Of a stretch of DNA of 64,000 nt, positions 1 through 9,417 are shown one piece after another. This DNA is from Planctomycetota bacterium (lineage in GTDB: Bacteria > Planctomycetota > Planctomycetia > Pirellulales > Lacipirellulaceae). Position numbers and translations under genes: made by a program. Positions within the stretch are counted from its first letter, which is position 1; every line of letters begins with the position of its first letter. Location: positions 18,071 to 82,070 of the forward strand of contig JBCDBK010000002.1 in the NCBI GenBank assembly GCA_039184115.1, in the 5' to 3' direction. A model generated the notes under the pieces. That model saw only the letters and a program-made list of their open reading frames with translations, did no database searches and was not told where the DNA came from.

Positions 1-421
1 TTGAAGTATAGCTGCCGCTTGAGATGAAGTTGTCGGTGGGCACACTCGTCGATTCCGGCTCAACGGCTGGACTCGTTGCGGCCGCTGGCGTGACAACGGA
101 ACTCGCAGTTGCTGCGCTCGCTGCCACGGGAGTTTCTGTTACGACTGGTTCGTCAGTTGGAACGTCGCCGGTAGTCGATTCATCTTGGGATCGATCGAAC
201 CGAGACTGGAAGCGAGAGAACCGTGGAAACCCGAAGCGACTCGAAGAGAAGCGACTCATTCGGCTAGCGCGGAATGGATTAAACGCACGAGTGCGAACCT
301 TGTAAGTGCCACGTACTGATTCTTGCTCGTCCGTATCTGACTGAGCGTGAGCTTGAAGCGGCACGACGAAGGTAGTCACGAGCAAGGCGAAACCAACGAA
401 CTTAAGTCTGCGAGTAATCAT
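1..421 (-). CDS. secreted hypothetical protein, N-terminal part only (ORF runs off the left window edge)
   Basis: Not in the supplied ORF track. Read on the reverse strand from ATG at 421-419, the frame stays open for 140 codons to the window edge. It begins MITRRLKFVGFALLVTTFVVPLQAHA/QSDTDEQ, a basic n-region, hydrophobic core and AHA-type cleavage site. A Ser/Thr/Pro/Ala-rich region follows. The + strand ORFs 24..305 and 347..619 overlap it and look like shadow frames. Confidence 0.45.
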   Translation of the reverse strand, partial: MITRRLKFVGFALLVTTFVVPLQAHAQSDTDEQESVRGTYKVRTRAFNPFRASRMSRFSSSRFGFPRFSRFQSRFDRSQDESTTGDVPTDEPVVTETPVAASAATASSVVTPAAATSPAVEPESTSVPTDNFISSGSYTS

Positions 422-664
422 AATGTCACCAAAGATGCCTTGGCAGATCTAGATGTAGTTGCAAATCGACGAATTTCGCATGCCGCCTGGCCGTACATTC
501 TACGCAGGAATTGCCACCAGACTATCTTGCTTCCCATGCTTGGTCAAGCAAAAGCCACGAAAGTGATCGGGTTTATCCAGCAGCGAGGGCATGTGACCAA
601 CGAGCCACACCGACGTTAAGTGTAGAGAATCATGGGCTTTTCCGCCGCCAAACGCCGAAATAGG

Positions 665-3178
665 CTACGGGCGATCGTCGATTTGATCCACAATTTTGGC
701 TGCTTCCACAGACTCGGGATTGAGCCGCAGCAGAATCTTCGCCTCTCGCAGCGCCTGCTCCTGCTCACCCTGCTCGAGTAGCGCTCGAGCCAAGTCCAGA
801 CGCCAGCCCAAATTGCCGTAATCAAGCTTCAGCGCCTGACGCAGCAATTCAATCGACGCCTCAAGTCGACCAGCCAGTTTCTCGACATTCGCCAATCGAT
901 GCACTTCAGAGGCATCGGCCTCGCCCATTTCTACCCGTCGTCGCAGTAGTCGGACCGCTTCCGATCGCAGCGTCTGTGCTTGAGCACCGTAGTCGAAGTC
1001 CTTCGATTTGTACTCGCCCGACTCCATCATCTCCGAGAGCATCCAGAGCCTACGATCATTGCCTTGGCCGAGTTCGATTGCCAACTCGGGGCACTGCAGT
1101 TCGCCCAGGCAGAGACGAGCAACTTCGCTAAATAGCTGCGGATCGACTTCGACGGTCCGACTGAACAGTGCCGCGGCCTCATCGTGGCGACCTTCGAGCT
1201 GTGCTAGGCGCGCGGCCGCCAGACTAGTCGGGGCGTGATGCGGAGTTAGCCGCGCCGCTTGACGGAGCAACGCTGCTCCGGTCGGATCGCCGAACACCCG
1301 CAGCCGTAGATCTCCCTCCAATCCGAAGGTGGGACCATAGATCGGACACAGCACTCTGAGTGCACTCAAATCGTCTACGACTCTTTGCACGAGGGGTAGC
1401 GAATCGCTGGCTAGTACCATCGCACCGTCTTTGTTGCGCACCTGGCTCATCGACTGCCAGCGATACTGATTGAGCAGATAGCCGTTTTTGACGTTGGTTG
1501 GCTCGGCGCGGACGGCCTCCTCTGCGGCCAACAGCAGATCGATGTAGTCTTGGTCGTCACCAATCCAACCCTGCGATTCGAGTCGCTGCTCGAAGGCCAG
1601 CGCGCTGTCGGCCCACGCCTCTGCCTTTGCCGCGGCCAGCGCGCCACCGACCATCCACCAAGCGCAGCCCGCAACCAACATGCACCCGACGAGGCTCGGA
1701 ATATGCAGATCGCGCTCGGCCAAATCAGACTTGGCTGGCTCCGCTGCATCTAGTTGGATTTTTTTCTTCTCATAACGAGAGATCGCGACAATCAGCCCAC
1801 TAGTAACCGCGGTCAGAATGAAGATGCCAGGCAGATGCTGGCCAAAATCACTGAGGCTGTGCCACGCCACGGCGAGTAGTCCGAATGACAGTCCGAACGC
1901 CGCTGTCGAAAGCGAAGTACGCCCTCCCAGCATAAGCCTGAACGCTATCGAGAACACACTCGCGACAAATGCCACAACGGCCGTCGCACCGACCAGGCCA
2001 AATTCCTCTAGCAGTTGCGCCCAATCGTTGTCGGCATGCTCGGCAAGATTGGCGCTGCCCGTCTCATCGTAGAGCGGAAACAGGTACTCGTGCGTACCTA
2101 ATCCGGCGCCAAAGAGGGGAAAATCGACCCAGGCACGAATGGTTCCCGCGGTCAGCTTCCAGCGATCATCAATCGCTTGCCGATCGTCGAGGGTCGAAAA
2201 CCGCTCGTAAACCGTGTCGAACGAGGTCAGAAACAGCAGCAGGGCGACGCACCACGGAACCGCCCCGAGTATCCATCCTCGTACGCTGAGCACACCACGA
2301 CGGTAGAGCAACACCGCGCAAACCGAAGATGCCAGCAGCAATGACAGCGCCCCGTTACGGCTTAGTGAGGTAAACACGGCGACCGCACACAAGACGACGC
2401 CGGTCAGCGGCCGCAGGTACCGATCGCCTTGGAGACTTGGTAAGCGGCTGACCTTGGTGCGCTCTCGGCGGCTGTCTTCCTTCATTCGCACCAGTACAAG
2501 CGCCACGCCAGCACCGATCGTAAGATTCACGAACTGGCAGAAGTGACTATGGTTGACGAAACTGCCCGAAGTGACGACCGAGGTCTGCTCTGCGAACATC
2601 CAGTGAATCGTCTTCGACAGCGTCAAGATCTGCAGCAGCGCGAGGGCCGACTCGACGCAACCGATGATAAAAATGCACCATAACGCGCGCTTGATTTGCA
2701 ACTTCGATCGAAACACGCTCGCCGCCGTCAAGAATACGACCACAAAAACTACCGCCATCCTCAGGTCGTGGCGAGTCTCGAGGGGGTACATGGACAAGGG
2801 CGTGAAACTACCGGAGGCATTCCCTAAATCCTGCAGCATAGTTTCGCGCAGGGTGCTGCTCTCCGGCGATAGCAAGCCGACCAAAGAACCGGGCAGCGGC
2901 AGCAATTGCAAGAAAATGAGCACTAATGTCGCGGCTAGCGGTACGAGCGTCCAACTTCCGGTCAATCGAAATCCGTCGTCGAGCCAAACTCGCAATGCCA
3001 GAGCAGTGGCCACGACCGCCGCACCGGCAACCACCATCAGCTCACTCCAGGCATCCACAACCCCGAAGCTAAGCAAAGCGAATACAAGTGCCGCCACCAG
3101 CGCCGTGAGGAAAAACCAATCCCACTGATTGTCGGGCGACTGCCAATGAGAACTCTGGTCGATCGAAATCTCACGCAT
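665..3178 (-). CDS. O-antigen ligase/polymerase-like (Wzy_C-type) membrane protein with C-terminal TPR domain
   Basis: Track ORF 665..3265. The N-terminal two thirds are multi-TM and carry the O-antigen-ligase-type segment GAGLGTHEYLFPLYDETGSANLAEHADNDWAQLLEEFGLVG. The C-terminal ~330 aa are helical TPR-like repeats ending in ALREAKILLRLNPES. I trimmed the start to ATG 3178 (MREISIDQ...) because the longer Cys/Arg-rich N-terminus overlaps the upstream gene. Confidence 0.8.
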   Translation of the reverse strand: MREISIDQSSHWQSPDNQWDWFFLTALVAALVFALLSFGVVDAWSELMVVAGAAVVATALALRVWLDDGFRLTGSWTLVPLAATLVLIFLQLLPLPGSLVGLLSPESSTLRETMLQDLGNASGSFTPLSMYPLETRHDLRMAVVFVVVFLTAASVFRSKLQIKRALWCIFIIGCVESALALLQILTLSKTIHWMFAEQTSVVTSGSFVNHSHFCQFVNLTIGAGVALVLVRMKEDSRRERTKVSRLPSLQGDRYLRPLTGVVLCAVAVFTSLSRNGALSLLLASSVCAVLLYRRGVLSVRGWILGAVPWCVALLLFLTSFDTVYERFSTLDDRQAIDDRWKLTAGTIRAWVDFPLFGAGLGTHEYLFPLYDETGSANLAEHADNDWAQLLEEFGLVGATAVVAFVASVFSIAFRLMLGGRTSLSTAAFGLSFGLLAVAWHSLSDFGQHLPGIFILTAVTSGLIVAISRYEKKKIQLDAAEPAKSDLAERDLHIPSLVGCMLVAGCAWWMVGGALAAAKAEAWADSALAFEQRLESQGWIGDDQDYIDLLLAAEEAVRAEPTNVKNGYLLNQYRWQSMSQVRNKDGAMVLASDSLPLVQRVVDDLSALRVLCPIYGPTFGLEGDLRLRVFGDPTGAALLRQAARLTPHHAPTSLAAARLAQLEGRHDEAAALFSRTVEVDPQLFSEVARLCLGELQCPELAIELGQGNDRRLWMLSEMMESGEYKSKDFDYGAQAQTLRSEAVRLLRRRVEMGEADASEVHRLANVEKLAGRLEASIELLRQALKLDYGNLGWRLDLARALLEQGEQEQALREAKILLRLNPESVEAAKIVDQIDDRP

Positions 3179-3995
3179 CGGCTGACATGGCTGGTATGGG
3201 CAGTATTTGATCCGCAGACAACACGCGCAACGGATTCTCGATGCACAAGCTCCGCGCCACGTCATCTCCCATTTCGGCCGACAGCATAGCTAGTGCGGCT
3301 GACAAGCGGGGCGGTCGCCGCTTCGCATCGTGTGCGTCCGTGGCAACGAGACTGGCCAGTCCAGCCTCGACAATACGCCAAGCCTGACGGTGGGCACGAC
3401 GACCAAAGTCGCCCAATAGGCTACCCGCCGTCAGCTGGATGACGGCGCCGCGTCTGACCCAATCTTGTAGCAGGTCTTCGCGATCCGCCAGATACGAATG
3501 TCGCTCCGGATGTGTCATGATCGCCTGTAGACTACGGTCTCGCAGCATCTTGATTGCCGGGATTGGATCGACGAATAGCTCATGTGGCAGCTCAATCAAC
3601 AGATGGCCGCCGCATCCTCCCAGGGAGATCACCTCGCCCTGGTCGAGAAACTTATCGAGTCGCTCGTCAATGCGCACATCTCCGCCTGGCAACACTCTGA
3701 GCGGAATCTGCTCGGCTGCCAAAGCGGAACAGAGCTGGTCAATTTTTTCGGCTACGACCTCGGCTGAGTTTTCGCGATCGTAACGTCCGAGCTGGTGCGG
3801 CGTAGCAATCACGGTCGTGATGCCGTCATCCACAAGAGACAAGCAGAGTGCCAATGCTTGTGACAGATCGGCGGGACCATCGTCTATTCCCGGGAGAATG
3901 TGGCAGTGGACGTCGACGCACTCGCTGACGCCAAACGCGGCCAGTCGCTCAAGTTGCGGCTGCTGCCAATCAAAATGCTCGTCGTCGCCAATCAA
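3171..3995 (-). CDS. PHP-family (CpsB/YwqE-type) protein-tyrosine phosphatase
   Basis: Contains the N-terminal metal-binding signature VDVHCHILPGIDDGPADLSQAL, followed by IATPH, MTHPERH and VATDAHD histidine/aspartate clusters typical of CpsB/CapC phosphatases. It lies directly downstream of the tyrosine autokinase on the same strand. Confidence 0.8.
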   Translation of the reverse strand: MIGDDEHFDWQQPQLERLAAFGVSECVDVHCHILPGIDDGPADLSQALALCLSLVDDGITTVIATPHQLGRYDRENSAEVVAEKIDQLCSALAAEQIPLRVLPGGDVRIDERLDKFLDQGEVISLGGCGGHLLIELPHELFVDPIPAIKMLRDRSLQAIMTHPERHSYLADREDLLQDWVRRGAVIQLTAGSLLGDFGRRAHRQAWRIVEAGLASLVATDAHDAKRRPPRLSAALAMLSAEMGDDVARSLCIENPLRVLSADQILPIPAMSADA

Positions 3996-4234
3996 GAGTA
4001 GGTGCCCCTCATCTCCATAAGCAGCGAACTCACACGCCGCGATACTCTAATCGAGCCAGCTACCAACGTAACCGAGACGAGGATGAAAATCCACTGATAG
4101 GGTAGAGATACCGATCGCTCGAATCGACGCCGGTGGCTGATCAGGGCGATGAGAGCTCGGCAATGCCGCGACGCGCGGTGAGCGACGCATTGTGCATCAC
4201 TGTCAGTTGGGCTACGAACGGATGCAGATCAGCG

Positions 4235-6535
4235 TCAATCGGTCGACTCGACAGGCTCGGCACTTGGCAATGACTTCGCTAACGCCCTACTTTTTTTGCG
4301 CTTGCTCGCATCCAGCGGCGGTTCTATCTCACCGTAAGCCACGTCGCCATAGTTGCCTGGACTGTAGCCGTAATCGCCGTATCCGTAGCCGTAGCTGGCA
4401 GAATAATTAGATTGTTTTCTACCAGGCACCGCGTTGACGACAACGCCAAGTCTTTGGGCACGTACGCGCCACAACTCGTCGCGAGCAGCGACACTCAGCC
4501 GACGAGTTGATCGATCGGCTCGCAGTACGAGCACGGTCGCGTCAGTCTGGGCGGCAATCACGCGGGCATCGGCCACGGGCATCACCGGCGGCGAATCGAT
4601 GACGATCATGTCGTAGCTAGACTTCAGTTCGTCAAGGAACTCGGCGAAAAACCCGTTATTGAGCAATTCGACCGGATTGGCAGGCCGCGAACCGCATGGC
4701 AACAGATCAAGGGTTGCCACGTCGGTTCCAACAATCAGCTCAGCGGCTGGTCGACGTTCGGCGAGTACCGACGAAAGTCCCCGTTCGGCGGCCACCTCGA
4801 ATATTTCATGCTGCTTCGGCTTGCGCATGTCCGCGTCGATTAGCAAAACCCGTTGGTCCGTCTGAGCCATTACCAATGCGAGATTGCTCGCGACGGTGCT
4901 CTTGCCGTCTCCGGGCGAGGGAGACGTCACTGCAATTACCTTGGCCTCGCCGCGAGTGAGACCAAAATGAATGGCTGTGCGCAACGTGCGAAACGACTCT
5001 GCCGCAACCGAATGGGGCTTCGCCACGACGACGCGACCGGTTGCGGCGCGGTCTTCTCTTGCCGCCGATAGCGGCAATGCACCCAGCACTGGCAATTGCA
5101 GTGCACCCGCGATTTCTTCGATCGACTTGAGCCGATGATCGAGCAGGTCGCGGAGCCACGCCAAGCCGAACCCCAGAAGCCCGCCCAAGAAGGCGCCGAT
5201 CGCGAGAAATCGCGAACGAACCGGGTAACTTGGGCTCGATGAGGGCATCGCGACTTCCATGACGCTTACATTCATTGCACCGACATTCTCTGAGAGATTG
5301 ACCTCTTTGATGCGCTCGTCCAAGATATCGACGAGCCGGATGGTGCGGGCCAATGCGTCTTCGAGGCTGGCGAGTTTGGCCGCCTGAGAGTTTACCTGCA
5401 TGGCCAGTTTGAACTGCGCGTCGTAGCTTCGCTGTAGTTCTTCTCGCTTCTGCTCCAGCAACTGGTACTCTTGCGCCACGGTCTCGACGTAGGCGGCAAT
5501 GATCGTGTCTTTGCGGCCTTCGACTTCCGATTGTTGCTGCGCTAGTCGCTCTTCAAGCTCCGACTTTGACTGCAGCGCCAACTTGACTCGGCTGTGACCG
5601 TCGCCCCATGTGGCGCGTAGTGCATTGATTTCGCGGTCGACGTCGCGAATTTGCTGTTCGATGCCCAGCTGCAGCTGATCTTCTACGCGGATGTCATTGG
5701 CAACGCTCTGCCGATTGCTGGCTAGTTCGAGCAGAAACAGCCGCAAACTAGGTGTCTCGAGCATCTGCTGCGTGCGATTATGCCGAGCTTTGGCATCCAA
5801 CAGCGAAAGCTCGACGCGGTCCAGCTCAGCGGCCAAAGCAGCAAATCTCTTGGTAATCACGTTCTCTTCACCGACTTGCACGGCAAGAGCTGCATTCTGG
5901 CTCCTAAAGTCTTCCAAGTCTTTCAATCTCTGTTCCAACTCAGAATCGCGGCGCTGCTTCTCATTGCGCAGAATATTCAGCACTTCGACGGTGTCCGTGC
6001 GGCGTTCTTCGGCGTAAGTCGTGATGTACGCGTCGACCACGGAATTCACGATCTGAGCCGCATCTTCCTTGATCGGTAGCTCAATGTAGACGTTGATAAT
6101 GTCGTCGTTGCGTCCGACCTCAACTTCCAGTCGGCTCTTCAGAAATCCAACGCGGCTGTCGATGGTTCGAAACGTCTCAAGCTGGGCGTTCTCTGGTGCG
6201 TCGGCGGCTTTGACCAGTACGGGAGTGGAGCGAATCAGCTCGGCCTGTGTGTACAGATAGCTCGAAGAACTTCCCAGATCGACATCGCTGTTGAGAATTC
6301 TCGGCAAATTCCGTTCGATGTAGATTCGTGAGACACTCGTGTAGCGCGGCTCGACTCGCTGCAGCAAGATCCACGCGGCACCGACGCCGATGAATATCGT
6401 GAGCAGAATCAGCCACCGCGCCTGCCAAGCCAAAGCAAGCAGATTCGTCTGCAGGCTGGGCGTCGCCCTTGTGGAGCCGTGGGTCAAATCAGCGTCTAAG
6501 GGAAGATTGTTGTCGTATTCGACAAGCGACGACAT
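4235..6535 (-). CDS. wzc: polysaccharide co-polymerase / tyrosine autokinase (Wzc/GumC/EpsB-type BY-kinase)
   Basis: Has an N-terminal TM plus Wzz-like region, a long coiled-coil periplasmic segment and a second TM. A CpsD-like ATPase follows, with Walker A VTSPSPGDGKSTVASNLA and Walker-B-like VLLIDADMR. The C-terminal tyrosine cluster reads YSASYGYGYGDYGYSPGNYGDVAYGE. Confidence 0.9.
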   Translation of the reverse strand: MSSLVEYDNNLPLDADLTHGSTRATPSLQTNLLALAWQARWLILLTIFIGVGAAWILLQRVEPRYTSVSRIYIERNLPRILNSDVDLGSSSSYLYTQAELIRSTPVLVKAADAPENAQLETFRTIDSRVGFLKSRLEVEVGRNDDIINVYIELPIKEDAAQIVNSVVDAYITTYAEERRTDTVEVLNILRNEKQRRDSELEQRLKDLEDFRSQNAALAVQVGEENVITKRFAALAAELDRVELSLLDAKARHNRTQQMLETPSLRLFLLELASNRQSVANDIRVEDQLQLGIEQQIRDVDREINALRATWGDGHSRVKLALQSKSELEERLAQQQSEVEGRKDTIIAAYVETVAQEYQLLEQKREELQRSYDAQFKLAMQVNSQAAKLASLEDALARTIRLVDILDERIKEVNLSENVGAMNVSVMEVAMPSSSPSYPVRSRFLAIGAFLGGLLGFGLAWLRDLLDHRLKSIEEIAGALQLPVLGALPLSAAREDRAATGRVVVAKPHSVAAESFRTLRTAIHFGLTRGEAKVIAVTSPSPGDGKSTVASNLALVMAQTDQRVLLIDADMRKPKQHEIFEVAAERGLSSVLAERRPAAELIVGTDVATLDLLPCGSRPANPVELLNNGFFAEFLDELKSSYDMIVIDSPPVMPVADARVIAAQTDATVLVLRADRSTRRLSVAARDELWRVRAQRLGVVVNAVPGRKQSNYSASYGYGYGDYGYSPGNYGDVAYGEIEPPLDASKRKKSRALAKSLPSAEPVESTD

Positions 6536-7282
6536 TTGCGCAGTTTCCGGGTGTTAAGTCTCGACTACAGCCAGCCATCAGGGATCGCTGCGGGCCTCTT
6601 ATTACGCTGTGTTTTTGCTACATCCATGCGTCCCAATCGCCAGGTGAGACGAACCCTCATTCTATCCTCTGAAATCCGCGAAGTCTCGGTTTGAACGCGA
6701 TTTCCTGCTTAGATTCCAAGATCGAAAACTACCGAATGCGAAACCTGCAACGTTCGTCGGGATTGGGAAGAATAGTCGGATTGCAAGGTCGATTGCCCAT
6801 CAGACACCCTCAGACGGCTTGATAGCACGGGTGGGCCGCCCGCAGGTGACATCGTCGCAAAGTGTTGTCACAGCTGGCTCCAGAGACGAGGTCTTCGCCG
6901 CCAGGTAGCTGCCCGTTGTCCGCGTGCCGCGCAGCGGCGAGCAAGCAATCGCGTTAGCTTGCAAGAACCCGGTACTCGACTAAACTGAAATCGAGGGTCG
7001 CCAACGCGGGGTACATGCTAATGCAGCTACCTCAGCGTAAGCACGCGAAGGTAAGCCAGCGGCGTTGGGGGCATTCTGAACAACTCTCCACTGCCGAAGC
7101 TTGGCAAGATCGCCAGCCGGCGGACCAGGAAAAACTGAGTACAAGCGCGAAGGGTAGCTCTCAGCGGCGTGCACCCACGTGGACGGAGTCCAGACAGTAC
7201 GCGTTGCTTTACACGCAAATCAAGACCTCGCAAGAAAACGCACGGTTTCGTGCAGCCAAGATTCCAGCTAGCAGAGCGGCTC

Positions 7283-7957
7283 ATGCTTCGCCTCCAAGAC
7301 AATCCGCCCATGACGCTGCCCGGTGCGCCACCCTTGGATGCGACTCCAGGCGCGTGGTCGGCTGCCTACTGCAAGCCGCGCCAAGAAAAAGCTCTGGCGT
7401 GGGATCTTTGCCGACGCGACGTACCTTACTTCTTGCCAATGGTGCAGCGCGAGACCTCGTCGGGTGGCAGGCGAAGACGCAACATGTATCCGATGTTTAA
7501 GTCTTATCTGTTTTTCGCAGGCGGCGAAGACGAACGTCTCGCCGTGACCAAAACGAATCGGCTTGTTCAATTGGTGGAGATTGATCCGGCGGCTCAGCAG
7601 ACGTTTCGCCGCGAAGTCTGTTCGCTTGAATTGGCGCTGCAGAGTGCTCCCGAGCGGATCGAACTCTACCCGCAACTCGCAAACGGCAAGCGCGTGCTAA
7701 TCACCGGCGGTCCGATGAAAGGCGCTGAGGGAATCATTCTTAACGCAGACAATCCAACCCGACTTTGGATAGGCATTACAATGATGGGCGCTGGTGCAAC
7801 GGTCGAAATTCACGCCGATCTGGTCGAAGTCGTCAAGCACTCCGAACCACGCAGCTCTGCAGCCTGTAACTTCGAACTGCACATCGACGGCCAGCTCGTC
7901 CATAGCCGCCAACTGGTTAACGAATCTCATTCGCATCGTCTGCATTCAAGCCCATGA
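7283..7957 (+). CDS. NusG-paralog transcription antiterminator (RfaH/UpxY/LoaP-like; NGN + KOW)
   Basis: Track ORF 7169..7957. The NGN-like part is WSAAYCKPRQEKALAWDLCRRDVPYFLPMV...YPMFKSYLFFAG. The KOW-like part is GKRVLITGGPMKGAEGIILN. I trimmed the start to ATG 7283; ATG 7310 is also possible. Its stop overlaps the next start as ATGA at 7954-7957. Confidence 0.7.
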   Translation: MLRLQDNPPMTLPGAPPLDATPGAWSAAYCKPRQEKALAWDLCRRDVPYFLPMVQRETSSGGRRRRNMYPMFKSYLFFAGGEDERLAVTKTNRLVQLVEIDPAAQQTFRREVCSLELALQSAPERIELYPQLANGKRVLITGGPMKGAEGIILNADNPTRLWIGITMMGAGATVEIHADLVEVVKHSEPRSSAACNFELHIDGQLVHSRQLVNESHSHRLHSSP

Positions 7958-9360
7958 CGATTTCACGTTCCCACAACTCGAAACCCGGCGCTCCAGCGGA
8001 GGCAGCGCCAGCCGACCAAGGGCCTAAATCGCGCGAAGCCGCGCAAAGGCAGCTTGCGGCCGGCGAACCACTGGCCTGCACGGTCGTGGTTGGTCTAGGT
8101 TACGTTGGGCTCCCGCTATGCCTGCAATTCGCCAGAAGCGGTCACCGTGTTCTCGGCCTGGACGTAGACGAAAAAAAGGTCGAGACGCTAAACAGTGGAA
8201 ATTCGTACATCAAACACATTGGAGCCGAAGACATCGACCAGTTCGTGGCTTGCGAGCTGTTGGAAGCGTCTACCGATTTCCATCGGGTCCAAGAGGCATC
8301 TTCGATTGTCATCTGCGTACCCACGCCTCTCAGCAAGCATCGCGAACCTGATCTCTCCTACATCTTGTCAACCGGCCGGGCAATCGCACCTCACCTACAA
8401 AGCGGCGCGCTGGTCGTTCTGGAATCGACCACTTATCCAGGAACCACCGATACGGAGCTACGCCGTGTGCTCGAAGCCGGCTCCGGCATGGTTGCGGGTC
8501 AGGACTTTCACCTGGCGTTCTCGCCAGAACGCGAGGACCCTGGCAATCCCGCCAGCCACGTCGGCCAGATTCCGAAAGTCGTCGGCGGGTACACGCCCGC
8601 CTGCTTGGAGAGAGCGATGGGTTTCTACGGCGCTGCGATCGAACAGATTGTGCCGGTCACCTCCTGTCGTGCGGCTGAGGCAACCAAACTCTTGGAGAAT
8701 ATTTATCGCAGTGTGAACATCGCCTTGGTTAACGAGTTGAAGGTGATTTATGCGGCGATGGGCGTCGACATCTGGGAAGTGATCGAAGCGGCCAAAACCA
8801 AACCATTCGGATACCAGCCCTTCTACCCAGGTCCGGGCCTGGGTGGCCACTGCATCCCGATCGATCCGTTTTATCTCAGCTGGAAGGCACGAGAGTTTGG
8901 GGAGCGGACCCGTTTTATTGAGTTGGCAGGTGAGATTAACACACGAATGCCTCATCGAGTGATCGGTGTCGTCGGCGAAGCGCTCAATGCTCATCAAAAG
9001 GCGATCAATGGCAGTCGAATCCTCATCATCGGCTTAGCCTACAAGCCCAACGTCGACGATCAACGGGAGTCTCCGAGCTTTACCTTTCTCAAGCACCTTT
9101 CCGCCAAAGGTGCAAACGTTGACTACTACGATCCACACGTACCAGAAATTGGACCCACCCGAGAACACTCGGAATGGACGGGGAAGCAATCGATCGAGTG
9201 GCAAGACATCGACACGCACAACTACGATCTCGCTTTGATTAGCACAAATCACGCGTGCATCGACTACCATCACCTCGCCGAGTCGCTGCCGCTGATCGTC
9301 GATACTCGCAACGCGATGCACGGTATCGAAACGAAGCCCGATCAGCTGTGGCGCGCGTGA
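7954..9360 (+). CDS. UDP-sugar 6-dehydrogenase family (WbpA/TviB/WecC-like nucleotide-sugar dehydrogenase)
   Basis: Rossmann motif VVVGLGYVGLPLCLQFARSGHRVLGLDVD. Catalytic-cysteine segment GPGLGGHCIPIDPFYL. The C-terminal UDP-binding domain contains ILIIGLAYKPNVDDQRESP. Confidence 0.9.
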   Translation: MTISRSHNSKPGAPAEAAPADQGPKSREAAQRQLAAGEPLACTVVVGLGYVGLPLCLQFARSGHRVLGLDVDEKKVETLNSGNSYIKHIGAEDIDQFVACELLEASTDFHRVQEASSIVICVPTPLSKHREPDLSYILSTGRAIAPHLQSGALVVLESTTYPGTTDTELRRVLEAGSGMVAGQDFHLAFSPEREDPGNPASHVGQIPKVVGGYTPACLERAMGFYGAAIEQIVPVTSCRAAEATKLLENIYRSVNIALVNELKVIYAAMGVDIWEVIEAAKTKPFGYQPFYPGPGLGGHCIPIDPFYLSWKAREFGERTRFIELAGEINTRMPHRVIGVVGEALNAHQKAINGSRILIIGLAYKPNVDDQRESPSFTFLKHLSAKGANVDYYDPHVPEIGPTREHSEWTGKQSIEWQDIDTHNYDLALISTNHACIDYHHLAESLPLIVDTRNAMHGIETKPDQLWRA

Positions 9361-9417
9361 GTCTCGCGATTCACCGACGCGTAGAATGGTCGTAGCGAAG
9401 AACCGCCGATCTCAAAT

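Noticed and set aside
24-619. Two + strand ORFs (24..305, 347..619)
   Set aside because: They overlap the minus-strand ORF that begins with a clear signal peptide at 421. Their products are low in complexity and lack motifs.
3179-3265. Longer N-terminal extensions offered by the ORF track for several genes (665..3265, 7169.., 11084.., 24258.., 34046.., 36097.., 46150.., 48269.., 51973..53127, 62891..)
   Set aside because: Each extension overlaps the preceding gene or a terminator and is compositionally odd. An internal ATG, GTG or TTG right after the upstream stop gives a sensible N-terminus, such as a signal peptide, Rossmann strand or MKILFF. Exact starts remain uncertain.
7015-7500. 161 aa + strand ORF (and 6980..7174, 7027..7311 on the - strand) in the divergent control region
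   Set aside because: They are out of frame with, and overlap, the NusG-paralog gene. The translations are Arg/Ala/Ser-rich with no motif.
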